Shown here: positions 11,325 to 21,836 of the stretch, piece after piece | Position numbering within the stretch: the first letter of the stretch is position 1 | Layout of the letters: each line of letters begins with the position of its first letter | Assembly (NCBI GenBank): GCA_963827165.1 | Contig: CAWGZR010000005.1 | Location: 288,001 to 352,000, forward strand | Source: Candidatus Bathyarchaeota archaeon | Lineage (GTDB): Archaea > Thermoproteota > Bathyarchaeia > Bathyarchaeales > Bathycorpusculaceae | Direction of reading: 5' to 3' | DNA: 64,000 nucleotides | Made by a program: the position numbers and the translations under genes | Notes under the pieces: model-generated | Told to the model about the DNA's origin: nothing | The model's database searches: none | The model's input: the letters and a program-made list of their open reading frames with translations, nothing else

Positions 11325-12085
11325 CCTTTGGTTTTGAGTTTCCACCAGAGATGAGTTACCTGCCAAAACATGCTCCATGAATCCTTAGCTAAATTTACTT
11401 TCGTGCCTACGCCGCTTGTCCACTCGACAGGAATCTCCTTAACCTTAAAACCGTGGCGCTGTGCCCTCACTAAGATTTCTGTGTCCCAAAACCAGTGTGA
11501 CGCCTCAACTTCGCCAAGCAAAGATAGGGCAGCTTCTTTTTTGAAGGCTTTAAAACCGCACTGGTGGTCCTTCACTTTGGAACCGAGCATATGCCTGACC
11601 AGGAAGTTGTAGCTTTTGGAGCTTATGCTTCTTCGCAGGCTACGTTCAACCTTGCTTTCTGGAAGCATCCTTGAACCCGTGGAAACTTCGTAACCTTCAA
11701 CGGAGATCGCGTCAATAAGGGGTCTGAGCGATTTTAGGTCTGTGGCAAGGTCTAGATCCATGTAAACGAGAACTTCGCCGCGGCACTGACGAAACGCGTT
11801 GTTTAGGGCGGTTCCTCTTCCCAACCTTTTTTCCCGGTGAATATGCCTAACAAACGGGTATTTCTTCGTCAGCTGCTCGGAAAGTTCATCTGTTCCATCG
11901 GTGCTGCCGTCTTCGGCGATGACGATTTCATAGGTGTAATCTGTTTTTTTTAGGGTTTGGCTTACTTTTTCAACCGTAGTTTCGAGTTCTTTTGCTTCAT
12001 TGTACGCTGGAAGCACGACTGAAACCAACACTTCAATTTGAGCGTTGGTGTTTTGGATCATCCTAAAATCCAGCCTTTGAACCAC
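11321..12085 (-). CDS. GT2 dolichyl-phosphate hexose synthase (DPM1/Alg5-like)
   Basis: VVLPAYNE, EDGSTDGT, MDLD, DHQCGFK, WFWDTE. Confidence 0.88.
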   Translation of the reverse strand: MVQRLDFRMIQNTNAQIEVLVSVVLPAYNEAKELETTVEKVSQTLKKTDYTYEIVIAEDGSTDGTDELSEQLTKKYPFVRHIHREKRLGRGTALNNAFRQCRGEVLVYMDLDLATDLKSLRPLIDAISVEGYEVSTGSRMLPESKVERSLRRSISSKSYNFLVRHMLGSKVKDHQCGFKAFKKEAALSLLGEVEASHWFWDTEILVRAQRHGFKVKEIPVEWTSGVGTKVNLAKDSWSMFWQVTHLWWKLKTKG

Positions 12086-13878
12086 GTTAAACTGTTGATT
12101 GTTGAGGTTGTCGTGGGGACTCCTGAGATAATGGGGTAGAAGAGTATGAATAATCCTATGGTGGCGGCGAAGTAAGCTACCGCGACGATTTTCATGTAGT
12201 TGTTGCTCCAGTACTTATTCACGATGAAAGCTACGCCTAAGCAGAGTATGGGTACGTTGCTGTAGAAGTGGTAGATGAAGACGACTCGTGTTATGAGGAT
12301 GTATGGCAGCCACTGGAAAAAGAAGTACACCAAGATGAAGACTACTGGCAGGTTCTTTTTGAAGTCGAACTTCCCAATCAAGAATTTCGGAACATAGTAA
12401 ACGGTTAACCCTACAATCACGGCGAAACCAAGCCACCAAAGAGTAGGGTTACCCAAGAGAGTAATCGTTGATTTGAGACCGTTCGGGAAAGGCCCTGCAG
12501 ATTGCAACCAAAGTGGAACATGCGTCCAATTTTGTAGATACGCGGGGGTCTTGCTTAGCGCATTTGAGATTGTGTTTACTGGGTCAAACATGAAGGGCCA
12601 TGTATACCATTGAGACGAGAACGGGTGGGTAGCTTTGAGCGTGGACTGGTAAACGTACATTGTGTTTTGTAAATTGAGGACGCCTACAAATGTTCTGCCG
12701 GTAAGCATGTCGGGAATGTAAACGATAAGGTAAACTACTAGGGCAAGTAACAGGAAACAGACAAGCGTTGAGTACGGATGGTCGAGCACGCCGTAGATTT
12801 TATCGGTGAATTTGCCTTTTAACTTCCGTACCTCGCTTAAACGAAGCACCAGAAGAATTGCGAGTGCCCCGACGAAGCCGAAGAGAACGAGCCACTTCGT
12901 TGAGATGCCTAGCGCCGCGAACATTACGCATAAGAATAGCGGGATGACGCTTGTTTTCCAGCCTTTATCAACAACGTTCTTCAGGTAAATTAAGAAGAAC
13001 AGTTGTGAAACCAACGAGAAAAACACTACGTAGGTGTCCGCTGTCCCCATTCGTCCCATGGTGAAATGCATGAAGTCAAAGGTTAACATGAAGGCTGCTG
13101 TGAAACCACCTATCCAGGTTCCGAACATTTTTTTGCCCGCCAAGTAGATGACGGCGACCATTAGTGTGGCGAAGATGACGCCCATTATTCGCCATCCAAA
13201 GGGGTTAAAACCGAAAATCAAGAGTCCGCCGGCTTGGATCAGCTTGCCGAGGGGAGGATGAGTCCACTCATATGGCGAATGCAAATGAATGTACTGTTCG
13301 GCGGTTCTAACAAAGTAGATTTCGTCGAAATACGTGTTTTCCATATAATCTACAGGGTAATGAACCGTGCTTTGGGCGTTGATAAGGTCGGCTACCGGCG
13401 GGTTTCCCTGCCCGGCGTTGGTGATTGTTTGGATTGTAGCTACGCTGTTGTTTTGGTTTATGACAGCGATTTGGGATAGGGCTGTCGCCAAATATGAGGG
13501 GACGTAGCCAATGTCGACTTTAACGTATTGTGTGGTTTGGGCAACACTTACTTCATCCCATTTGCAATAATCCTCCGACCACGAACCCGAAGAATAAGTA
13601 AAATCGGCGTTGCTCGCAGCCGACGTCCAATTACCCGGCGACCCCGTTGAAACAGTGACGTTGAGCGCGCCTACATGTAATAGAAACATTACTGATTTAA
13701 CATTGGTTTGGACGCCTAGGTTAACATAGAAACTTTGGCCAGCCGTCCAATTAGTCACGGTTGTGGGGTATGCTGTGTAGCCAAGGTTGACCACGGCGAT
13801 TGAGAAGAAAACCACGCAGAGCAAAACGATCGTTAACACGTCTTTTTTGTTCAGGTTTAATCCGAATTCGACATTCAC
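12058..13878 (-). CDS. Dolichyl-phosphate-mannose protein O-mannosyltransferase (GT39/PMT-like)
   Basis: YFDEIY, HPPLGK, FGWR, HPFSSQWYTWP, LGNP, FIYHF; multi-TM. Confidence 0.88.
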   Translation of the reverse strand: MNVEFGLNLNKKDVLTIVLLCVVFFSIAVVNLGYTAYPTTVTNWTAGQSFYVNLGVQTNVKSVMFLLHVGALNVTVSTGSPGNWTSAASNADFTYSSGSWSEDYCKWDEVSVAQTTQYVKVDIGYVPSYLATALSQIAVINQNNSVATIQTITNAGQGNPPVADLINAQSTVHYPVDYMENTYFDEIYFVRTAEQYIHLHSPYEWTHPPLGKLIQAGGLLIFGFNPFGWRIMGVIFATLMVAVIYLAGKKMFGTWIGGFTAAFMLTFDFMHFTMGRMGTADTYVVFFSLVSQLFFLIYLKNVVDKGWKTSVIPLFLCVMFAALGISTKWLVLFGFVGALAILLVLRLSEVRKLKGKFTDKIYGVLDHPYSTLVCFLLLALVVYLIVYIPDMLTGRTFVGVLNLQNTMYVYQSTLKATHPFSSQWYTWPFMFDPVNTISNALSKTPAYLQNWTHVPLWLQSAGPFPNGLKSTITLLGNPTLWWLGFAVIVGLTVYYVPKFLIGKFDFKKNLPVVFILVYFFFQWLPYILITRVVFIYHFYSNVPILCLGVAFIVNKYWSNNYMKIVAVAYFAATIGLFILFYPIISGVPTTTSTINSLTWFKGWILG

Positions 13879-15123
13879 GATGGTTCACCTCTCTCCCCGG
13901 GCGGACTGGGCGGCTCAGGCTCAGCTTTAAGCCAAGTGCGTTTATCCCACATAACTATTGAAGCATATATGAGCATTAATAAATTAATTGCACTTACAGT
14001 CAAAACCACTGGGTCCCCAGTAAGATTCGGAGCGTATGGATGCGAATTAAGCTGGTAAAGCACGTAGGATATGTTGATGAGGAAGGTGGCGGTTAAAACC
14101 GCGTAAATCAGCCTTGCCTTCTTGATGAATGGAACCATTAACGCCATCGCTGCTATCGCGGGAAACATGTACCGTTCATGAATCCTTGTTGGAAGCATGA
14201 AGAACGCGAAGAGAAGCATAAACGCGGCATACACAGCTATAAACTCGCTGGAAGTCTTGAAGCGTTTGTTCAGCAGGTACAGAGTAAATATAGCAAATAC
14301 GCCAAAAAGCGCCCAGCCCACGATGTTGAGGAACCCGTCCGGCACCCACATCCCTGAAATCAAACCCCACAGGTTGAAAGCATTAATTGAAGTGTAAGCG
14401 TACCCCTTGTAAGCTACAAAATAGATGTTGGTCAGGAAAGTGATCGGGCTTCCGCTCCAATCAAAGGGAAGAATAACTACGAAAACCGTTACGGCGAAAG
14501 CAACCACGGAGAGAATCGTCTCTTTTAACCCGTTTTTCTTGTAGATCAAAAACGCAACCAGCGGCGCAAGAGCGATTCCCTGAGGCTTGGTCAAAATCGC
14601 AACGGCGAATGCTGCCGCCGAAAGCTTCGGTTTACTTCGCAGTGCAAGCATCAAAGAGAGTACCAGGAAAAAAGTGTAGATTGCGTCGAACTGTCCCCAG
14701 ACGGCTGAGTCATAGATTACGGCTGGGTTAAAAGCGTAAAGAGCCGTCGCGGCTAATGCAAGTTTAAAACTTGATTGTTTGCGGACAAAAATGAAGATTA
14801 AAGCTGCTGTGCCAAGGTCAAAGATGTTTGGTGCCAACTTGACGATATAAGCTGCGTTGATGCCGACTCTTGACGCCCCGTTTGCTATTGAGCCGAAAAA
14901 CCAGAAAATGTAGACGTTGAAGGGGGGATAATCTGACCAGTTGTTAGAGCCATAAAATGGTCTAATTCCGACTGCCGTTGCCCTGTTGAACCAGGCAAGA
15001 AAGTCGTTTGTGTCAATTGAGTATCCTTTAAGGGGAAAGAGGGCGAGTCTAATTAGGAAGGATGAAGCGAGTACGGCGGCTACAATGGAGGCTTCCCGTC
15101 TTGCAGTGAAGTTAAATGCGCAT
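13875..15123 (-). CDS. GT-C fold membrane glycosyltransferase (GT87/Alg6-like); start lies upstream of the ORF call
   Basis: Frame stays open upstream of 14837 (..YSIDTNDFLAW..SDYPPFNVY..); WGQFD, KPQ, HERY motifs; ATG at 15123 after GAGGGG is 1 nt out of frame. Confidence 0.8.
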
Positions 15124-15505
15124 CCCCTCTATCTAATGGAAAATACTTGCAGTCAGAGAATAAGAAGGTTTTTCAAAATCGCCTCCCAAGTTTTCTGGTA
15201 CAAACCCAACGAACCAAAGCCGAAGCGTCAAAAATATTGGTTGAAACCGCCCTGAAATAGCAGCCGCCAAGCGCCCTATCGAGTGACGGGGCAAGCTTTA
15301 TCGTAACGTGGGCAAACGCTTGACCCTATGTGAAAATTTAGGAACCAACAACCAACACCCTCTTTCTTTAATTTTTTGTGTGGACTACCCTCAACTTTTA
15401 TGTGAAAATATTTAACGGATCAAGTAGCAAATCCCGTTTTTCCCGACAGTTGGTTTTGATTAGAGCCAAGGGTCCTTTCAGATTTTGACGGGTCGATTGT
15501 GAGTT

Positions 15506-15724
15506 TTACGTTACGTATTCGACTTTGCGCTTGCGGTATCTTTTGCATTCTTTAACTATTTTTCCTGCGAATTGCGGCGGATAAAAAGTGCCTAAACCTG
15601 TAACCAACGCAAACTCAGCTGATTGATCTGCACGTACCTCAGAGTATTCGGGGCAACCAACGCACTGGTCAGGGAACTCTTTGAAACACAAATGTTGAAT
15701 TTCCAAAGCCATTCCTCCCCACAA
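15506..15724 (-). CDS. Small Cys-containing hypothetical protein
   Basis: GGAGG then ATG GCT; C..CVGC..C pattern; upstream TTAAATA box. Confidence 0.55.
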   Translation of the reverse strand: MWGGMALEIQHLCFKEFPDQCVGCPEYSEVRADQSAEFALVTGLGTFYPPQFAGKIVKECKRYRKRKVEYVT

Positions 15725-15970
15725 TAACTAAGGCAGTTTAGATATTTAAGAAGGCGGCTCGGTCACCCATAACATTTTTCTTCAGGATGAAAAGAGAAAA
15801 TCAAATAGCTGAATAAGAAATTAAGGTTCGGACATGTTTTTCTACGGGCTTCTGTAGGCTCTCGCTCTTTCGCTATGGAGTGATTGGTCCATGGAAAATC
15901 TGTGAAATGTTTCGTGGTTGCTGCAATTTGGTTCATAAGTTTTTCAGCGTCTTGTTCGCTGTGCCTCTGC

Positions 15971-16351
15971 TTAACGCTCATTGCTCAGGTTCTCTTTAAC
16001 TCTGAACCTCACTATTTCTTTTATCAAGTCAAGCGGGAGCGGTTTATCCAACGGAAACCTAACAGTGCCCTTGCTTACTTCATAATCAGACAGTTTCTCT
16101 TTGAAAGCTTCAACAGCAGATTCCCGTGGGTAGAATCCAATGTGGTCCTTGAAGGCGGCAAACCAAACCAAGTTACCGCGTAATTTGAAGGCGGGCATTT
16201 GGTAGCTGATGGCTTCTTTTGCATCTGGAGCGGTTTCCCTGATAGCTTGCCTTAGCTCCCGTAAAACAGTTTGGATGTTTTGGGGAAAAGCATTGATGTA
16301 CTCGTCAAATGTTTCAAAATGTTTCTTCAAAAGATATACCTCATAAAACAT
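15971..16351 (-). CDS. DUF1801 (YdhG-like) protein
   Basis: DEYI..FP, EAISYQMPAF, FAAFKDHIGFYP, SKGTVRFP. Confidence 0.9.
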   Translation of the reverse strand: MFYEVYLLKKHFETFDEYINAFPQNIQTVLRELRQAIRETAPDAKEAISYQMPAFKLRGNLVWFAAFKDHIGFYPRESAVEAFKEKLSDYEVSKGTVRFPLDKPLPLDLIKEIVRFRVKENLSNER

Positions 16352-16449
16352 CTGACTTAATCAATACTCTTCAGGCTTAGTCTAAAATATCTTTTCCGAA
16401 GCTGAACACAAAAAAAGAAAAAGGATTTTGATTTGTCTTTTGACGTGGT

Positions 16450-17178
16450 TTAGCTTTTGGTTGTGTGTGATTCTATTTGTGCGCCGCAGTTGGAGCAATA
16501 GGCTGTAGTTTGGGCATTTGCCGGCGGAGTAGTTGGCGATGGAGCATTCATGTATGTTTGCGAAGCGTATTGTTGCTGCATCTGCTGTGACTTCATGGCA
16601 AAGAATCCGATGACTGCATAGATCCAGGCGATAAATATCAGAATGAAGCCGAAACCAACCAGTATAGTCAGTATAGAGCCCCACCAAAGTAAGGTGGCTG
16701 CGGTGCCAAACGAGTGTTCTCCTGATTTCTGCTCAAGCGTATTGAAGGTTTGTCTTAAGTGCGTAGCTGCAAGCACGTTGAATATGAAAGCAATTATAAG
16801 AGCGCCGAAGAAGACGGCTAATCCAACTCCGAAGCCGACAGTTAGCGTGAAGCCTGATGAAAACTTAAAGCCAGTTGCGGTTCCAACCCCGATTAATATT
16901 GCTGTAATGGCTACTCCTGCGGCTACTAAAGCAATTATGTAGAATTTGACGCCTGTTAATGAGTTTTGATAGATTTCTTTGTCTTGATAGTAATTTGCAA
17001 GTTCCTTTAGGCCTCGAAGAAGCAGTATTATACCGATGATGCTCAATACCCAGCCTACGTAAGGAACCACGAAGAGTAGAAGCAGTATTGATCCTTCGCC
17101 ACACAAAGTTTTGCTGTATTCGAAACTTGTACCCATTTTGTTTTTACCTCCCAATTTTTGTTTTTTTATTCCTGGCAT
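16450..17178 (-). CDS. DUF996 family membrane protein with C-terminal truncated zinc ribbon
   Basis: GWVLSIIGIILLLRGLKELANYY; several TMs; YCSNCG. Confidence 0.8.
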   Translation of the reverse strand: MPGIKKQKLGGKNKMGTSFEYSKTLCGEGSILLLLFVVPYVGWVLSIIGIILLLRGLKELANYYQDKEIYQNSLTGVKFYIIALVAAGVAITAILIGVGTATGFKFSSGFTLTVGFGVGLAVFFGALIIAFIFNVLAATHLRQTFNTLEQKSGEHSFGTAATLLWWGSILTILVGFGFILIFIAWIYAVIGFFAMKSQQMQQQYASQTYMNAPSPTTPPANAQTTAYCSNCGAQIESHTTKS

Positions 17179-17363
17179 CTTACAAGCTGCATTCGGGATA
17201 TAGCCCTACCATTTAGATCTCTAACGCTGACATTTAGAGCCGTTACTCTAACAGTTAGAGTCATAAGCAAATTGATATGTAACATAGAAAATATGGAAAT
17301 AAAACTAAATTTCACAGTTCGCTTTATCTTCATCGTCGTCGAATAGAGAGGCAGTGGAGTCAA

Positions 17364-17842
17364 GTGTCAAAGCCACGTGGAATAAGCGCTGAAATTCAGT
17401 CGCCGAGAACAAAACTGCTGTACCTCATCTATTCCGCCCCGAACAGTAGAATCAAAGCTGAACCAGGAGTGAAATCAAGTCTTAGTTCCGCGTTGGGCTA
17501 CAAATCCGACGGACACTTTCATTACGACTGGAACTACCTGATGAGCGCAGCCATGATTGAGGAAAAAAAAGGCTACTATGTCGTGACTGACGCAGGAAAG
17601 AAGGAGTTTGCACTTCATTCCACAGCGTCCAGAAGCAACACGGTGATGGTTGTAATAGGAATCGTCATGGTTGGCTTCACCTTCTTGCTTGAATTCGGGA
17701 ATTTACCGAAAATAAGTCTAGCGTTTTTCGGGATAGCGCTCTAATCCTTATTGGTTCACTGTTTTTGATATTAAGCAAAAGAAACAAACCCGAACTACCG
17801 CTTGAAGCGAGAGTATTGCTAAAAGAGCTTAATCGACACTAA
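17364..17842 (+). CDS. wHTH-like protein with C-terminal TM hairpin; apparent frameshift near 17740
   Basis: YYVVTDAGKK wing motif; alternate frame continues LILIGSLFLILSKRNKPELPLEARVLLKELNRH*. Confidence 0.6.
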
Positions 17843-18150
17843 ATTAAGCAAAACAAGGGTAGAAGTGTTTAAGGCAGACACTGGGAGGCAAGGCGCTCAT
17901 TGCGTCTAAATAGCTAGCGACACTTTTCTTTCCCCAAGTGGCGATTTGCAAGAATTCGCAAGGTACTCTCATGTTTTAAAGTCCCTGCGCACGATTACAT
18001 ATCTTAGTCGCTAGCGAACTCAAGCGATAATTCAAAGCGCAGTCGAAACCTGAACTACAAGCATAAAACGAGTTGTTCCAGCACCCAAAAGAGCAAGCAT
18101 TAAAACGATAGCTCCGACTTCAATATCCTTGGAAAACGTGGCTCCTCGAT

Positions 18151-19074
18151 ATGATTGACATTGAGAATCTTACGCGGAAGTTCGGTGACCTAACTGCGGT
18201 TGACAACCTTACTCTTCGGGTGGACAAAGGCGAAGTGTTCGGCTTTTTGGGGCCTAATGGGGCAGGAAAAACCACCACAGTCAGGATGCTTTGCTGCCTG
18301 ATTTCCAAGACAAGCGGCAAAGCCAAAATCGGTGATTACGAGATTGGCAACCCAGAAGACGCGCTGAAGATCAGGAAGATCATCGGGTTAGTTCCTGACA
18401 GTGTTGGTTTATACGAATCCCTTACAGCCTATGAGAACCTGGACTACTACGGGACACTGTACAGGCGGAGCGATTCCCAGCGAAAAGAGAGCAACGAATA
18501 CTTCCTTAAGCTGCTGGGACTCTGGGAGAAAAGAGATGCCTTGGCGGCGACGTTTTCGAAAGGGATGAAGCAAAAACTCGCAATTGCACGCGCACTCATA
18601 CATGATCCCGAGATTCTTTTCATGGATGAGCCGACGGCAAACCTGGATCCTGAGTCAGCTAAGACAGTTCGGGAATTTATTCTCGAGTTGAAAAAGCAGA
18701 AGAAAACGATTTTTCTTAACACGCACAATCTTGACGAAGCACAGAGAATCTGTGACAGAATCGGCATCTTAAACACACGGCTGATGGCTGTGGGTACCCC
18801 AGAAGAACTTGAGCGGTCGATCCACGGTAGAAAGACTGTGATCCAGCTTAGACAGGTGAACAACGCCATTTTGGATTCGTTGAGGAACCTTCAGGTCGTG
18901 AACTTGGTCAGTGAAGGGAACAAACTAACGGTCGATGTCGTGAATCCTGAGGAGGAGAATCCTGAGATGGTAAACGCGGTCGTTGCAGCGGGAGGACTGG
19001 TCGAGACAGTTACGGTTACCAGCAGTTCACTTGAAGACGCTTACTTGAAACTGGTGAGGGAGAATACACAATGA
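18151..19074 (+). CDS. ABC-2 type transporter ATP-binding subunit
   Basis: GPNGAGKTT, FSKGMKQ, FMDEPT, H-loop. Confidence 0.95.
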   Translation: MIDIENLTRKFGDLTAVDNLTLRVDKGEVFGFLGPNGAGKTTTVRMLCCLISKTSGKAKIGDYEIGNPEDALKIRKIIGLVPDSVGLYESLTAYENLDYYGTLYRRSDSQRKESNEYFLKLLGLWEKRDALAATFSKGMKQKLAIARALIHDPEILFMDEPTANLDPESAKTVREFILELKKQKKTIFLNTHNLDEAQRICDRIGILNTRLMAVGTPEELERSIHGRKTVIQLRQVNNAILDSLRNLQVVNLVSEGNKLTVDVVNPEEENPEMVNAVVAAGGLVETVTVTSSSLEDAYLKLVRENTQ

Positions 19075-19802
19075 CAAGCTGGATGCCGTGGAAGATAGCG
19101 CGCAAGGAGCTAAAGGTGATAGGCAGAAAGAGAAGCATCATCTTCTACAATGTTGGGCTTCCCATTCTCGTCGCTGTTGCTTTCTCACTCGTTATCAGGA
19201 GTCAAACAGCCAACGGAATCCCCGATACACTGGCCATTGGTGGCGAATCAATCATTTACATTTTCGTCGTTTTGGCAACTGTTCTTCCCAGCACGATTGC
19301 AGCCTACAGCATAGTGGGTGAAAAAGTCGAGAAAACATTAGAGCCATTGCTTGCCACGCCGACGACTGATGGCGAGATTCTTCTGGGAAAAAGCATTGCT
19401 GCGTTCATACCGCCGATCCTATCCGCATGGATGGGAGCATCAATCTTTATGGCGGCAGCAGATTACATACTCCGTAAGGCTGGGCTAAGCTACTATTATT
19501 TTCCGAACTGGAACGCTGGCGTCATGCTGTTAATCCTTGCTCCTCTTGCAGCAGTTCTCAGTATTGAAGTAGCAGTTATTGCATCATCCCGGGTAAATGA
19601 CGTTCGGGGGGCGAACCAGATTGCAGGCCTCATGTTTATCCCGTTTGTTGTTGTGTTCTTTGCGGGAGCGGAAGGAATTTTTGCTCTCAGCATCCCAAAC
19701 CTTCTTGTTTTCGCCGGCATTGTATCTGTAGTTGATTTGATTCTGTTTTTCGTGAGCCGATCTACCTTTAACCGTGAAGAGATTTTGACAAAGTGGAAAT
19801 GA
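19071..19802 (+). CDS. ABC-2 type transporter permease
   Basis: SIVGEKVEKTLEPLLATP..ILLGK; 6 TMs; ATGA overlap with ATPase. Confidence 0.92.
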   Translation: MTSWMPWKIARKELKVIGRKRSIIFYNVGLPILVAVAFSLVIRSQTANGIPDTLAIGGESIIYIFVVLATVLPSTIAAYSIVGEKVEKTLEPLLATPTTDGEILLGKSIAAFIPPILSAWMGASIFMAAADYILRKAGLSYYYFPNWNAGVMLLILAPLAAVLSIEVAVIASSRVNDVRGANQIAGLMFIPFVVVFFAGAEGIFALSIPNLLVFAGIVSVVDLILFFVSRSTFNREEILTKWK

Positions 19803-19813
19803 TATTAGATCAA

Positions 19814-19966
19814 TTGGCAGCAACCTTAGTTCGCGAAGAAACAGCGAGCACAAAGGAAAGGCTGCTCTACATCGATAATCTTAGGCTACTGGTAATTGTG
19901 CGGGTAGTCTCGATTCACTTGGCTGTGACGGTCTTGCGGTTTTTGACTAATCGTTACAACAAATAA
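19814..19966 (+). pseudogene. N-terminal remnant of an acyltransferase-3 family protein
   Basis: Hand translation ..KERLLYIDNLRLLVIVRVVSIHLAVT.. matches the RxxxxDxxR..H start of AT3 proteins, then stops. Confidence 0.6.
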
Positions 19967-20168
19967 AAATCAAATAAACTAAATCGACCTTATCTACTCT
20001 ATTCCCGCTGATTTCTGAAAGACCTTTGCCCTTGAAATGTATATTGCATCAGTGTTTTGCCTGAAATTTTTCTGGGAAATTTTTTGACACGCCCGCGTGC
20101 TCGAGGCGGGCTATTGTTTGGGAATAACATTTCTGCTCGCGCGGAAGTTTGGGCCGTTTTGTTTTTGT

Positions 20169-21836
20169 TTATGGTGGAGTTACGGTTACTTGGGGGTCGG
20201 CAAACCATGCTGTTCCATGTTCATTTGAGCCTTGGGTATCGCTCCAAACCACTAACCACGGAATTATTGCTATGGGGGTAATGGATTGACCTCCTGAATA
20301 AGCATTACCATAACCAGCTTGTGCTTGAAAAGTCGATGCAACTGTAAAGCTCATGGTAACTTGTGTCCAGGTGTTGGTTCCAAACTGGACATAATCGTTT
20401 ACTGTATTGGTAGGAGTACCAACACCATTTGGAGTATAAATGGGGCATACCACTCCCTTAGCACCATATATGTCAATTCCGATTTCGCCTCCAGCTTGAG
20501 GATTACCTACGTCAGCTCCAAGAGTAGCAGCGGAAGTTTTAATCCAACAACTAAAAACGATTTTGTCACCTGGCGCAACGCCTAGACCTCCATAGTCAAC
20601 TCCGAGGTTAACTGCATTTCCAGTAATTTCCCAGCTGGGAGAGCCTCCACAAGTATCGGTTGTGTCAAGTTGGACATTGAGTGCCGGGCACTGAAGCCAT
20701 TGTGAATCAGTATACCAGTCCCCATCATTAATTGAAATTAAACTATTCTCGACAGGGGCCAAGATAGGTGTTGGTGTCGGTGTAGGAGACGGTGTTTGTA
20801 TCGGCGTTGGTGTTGGCGTTGGGGCAATTGTTGGCGTTGGAGTGGAAGTTGGTGTTGTGGTCGATGTAGGGATGTATGTAGCGTATATACTTGTGGTTGT
20901 TGTTTCGTATCCGGTTGGGGTTCCAAAAGTTGATGTGTACTCGTTTGAGTAGGTGGTTGTTTTCCATACGTGTGTGTTTGCGGTTGTGGAGCTCATTGTT
21001 CCTGTTGCTGATGAGCTGCTTGAGATTATGCATAGCCAGTAGTATCCTGTGGTGAGGGTGCTTTGTGGGAGGGTGAATGTGTTCCATCCTGTTGTGGTGA
21101 CTGTTTGGCTGCTGCTTTGGGCTATTAGGGTGTTTGGTGCGCCGTTGTTGTCTGTGTATATTGCTGCTTTGGCGCTAAAGCCTGTTGTGGTGAAGTAGGT
21201 TGATATGCTTTGGACTTGGCCGCTTTGGGTTAGTTGGAATCTGCTTGCGTCTTTATCGGTGCCAAAATAATTGTTAAGTATTCCAACCGCTGTATTTCCA
21301 AAAGTTGTGGGTGGTAGGGTTGGAGTTGGAGTTGCTGTGGGTGTTGGTGTGATTACTGAGATGGGTGTTGATGTTGGGGTGATTATTTCGGTAGATGAAG
21401 CTGTGGGGGGTCCTGAGGGTGTTGGAACCGCCGTTTGGGTTGAGGCAGGTGTTGACGTAGATATTGGTATTGGCGACGAAGTTGCTGAAGGTGGTGCGGT
21501 AAGTGTTATTGTTGGTGGAGGCTGTGGTACGGCGGGTGGAGGCGTGGGGGGTCCTGAGGGTGTTGGAACCGCCGTTTGGGTTGAGGCAGGTGTTGACGTA
21601 GATATTGGATTTGATGTTGCAGAAATCGGTACAATGGATCTGCTTGAGGTGATTTTTGCGTATCCGTTTGGGTTGGTGTTTGTCAATATATTTGTCATTT
21701 TACCTGTTGAGGTCGCGAGTCCTGAGGCAACGCAGAGTGTGCTAAGGATGAAGATGCCGATACATATTATAGCCGGATCCTTGAATTTCCTGAAGTTTAT
21801 TGAATGAAATGTTTTTCTGAAGGTGCGTATTTTCAT
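20169..21836 (-). CDS. Secreted/surface Ser-Thr-Pro-rich protein with two beta-sandwich-like domains
   Basis: N-terminal hydrophobic helix, long PT/ST linkers, globular segments with aromatic residues. Confidence 0.75.
   Translation of the reverse strand: MKIRTFRKTFHSINFRKFKDPAIICIGIFILSTLCVASGLATSTGKMTNILTNTNPNGYAKITSSRSIVPISATSNPISTSTPASTQTAVPTPSGPPTPPPAVPQPPPTITLTAPPSATSSPIPISTSTPASTQTAVPTPSGPPTASSTEIITPTSTPISVITPTPTATPTPTLPPTTFGNTAVGILNNYFGTDKDASRFQLTQSGQVQSISTYFTTTGFSAKAAIYTDNNGAPNTLIAQSSSQTVTTTGWNTFTLPQSTLTTGYYWLCIISSSSSATGTMSSTTANTHVWKTTTYSNEYTSTFGTPTGYETTTTSIYATYIPTSTTTPTSTPTPTIAPTPTPTPIQTPSPTPTPTPILAPVENSLISINDGDWYTDSQWLQCPALNVQLDTTDTCGGSPSWEITGNAVNLGVDYGGLGVAPGDKIVFSCWIKTSAATLGADVGNPQAGGEIGIDIYGAKGVVCPIYTPNGVGTPTNTVNDYVQFGTNTWTQVTMSFTVASTFQAQAGYGNAYSGGQSITPIAIIPWLVVWSDTQGSNEHGTAWFADPQVTVTPP
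21403..21608. repeat. 65-bp exact intragenic direct repeat (21403-21467 and 21544-21608)
   Basis: Encodes the duplicated PISTSTPASTQTAVPTPSGPPT linker. Confidence 0.85.

Noticed and set aside
21271-21807. 178-aa Val/Gly-rich plus-strand ORF and similar antisense ORFs across the window
   Set aside because: Shadow frames of well-supported opposite-strand genes.
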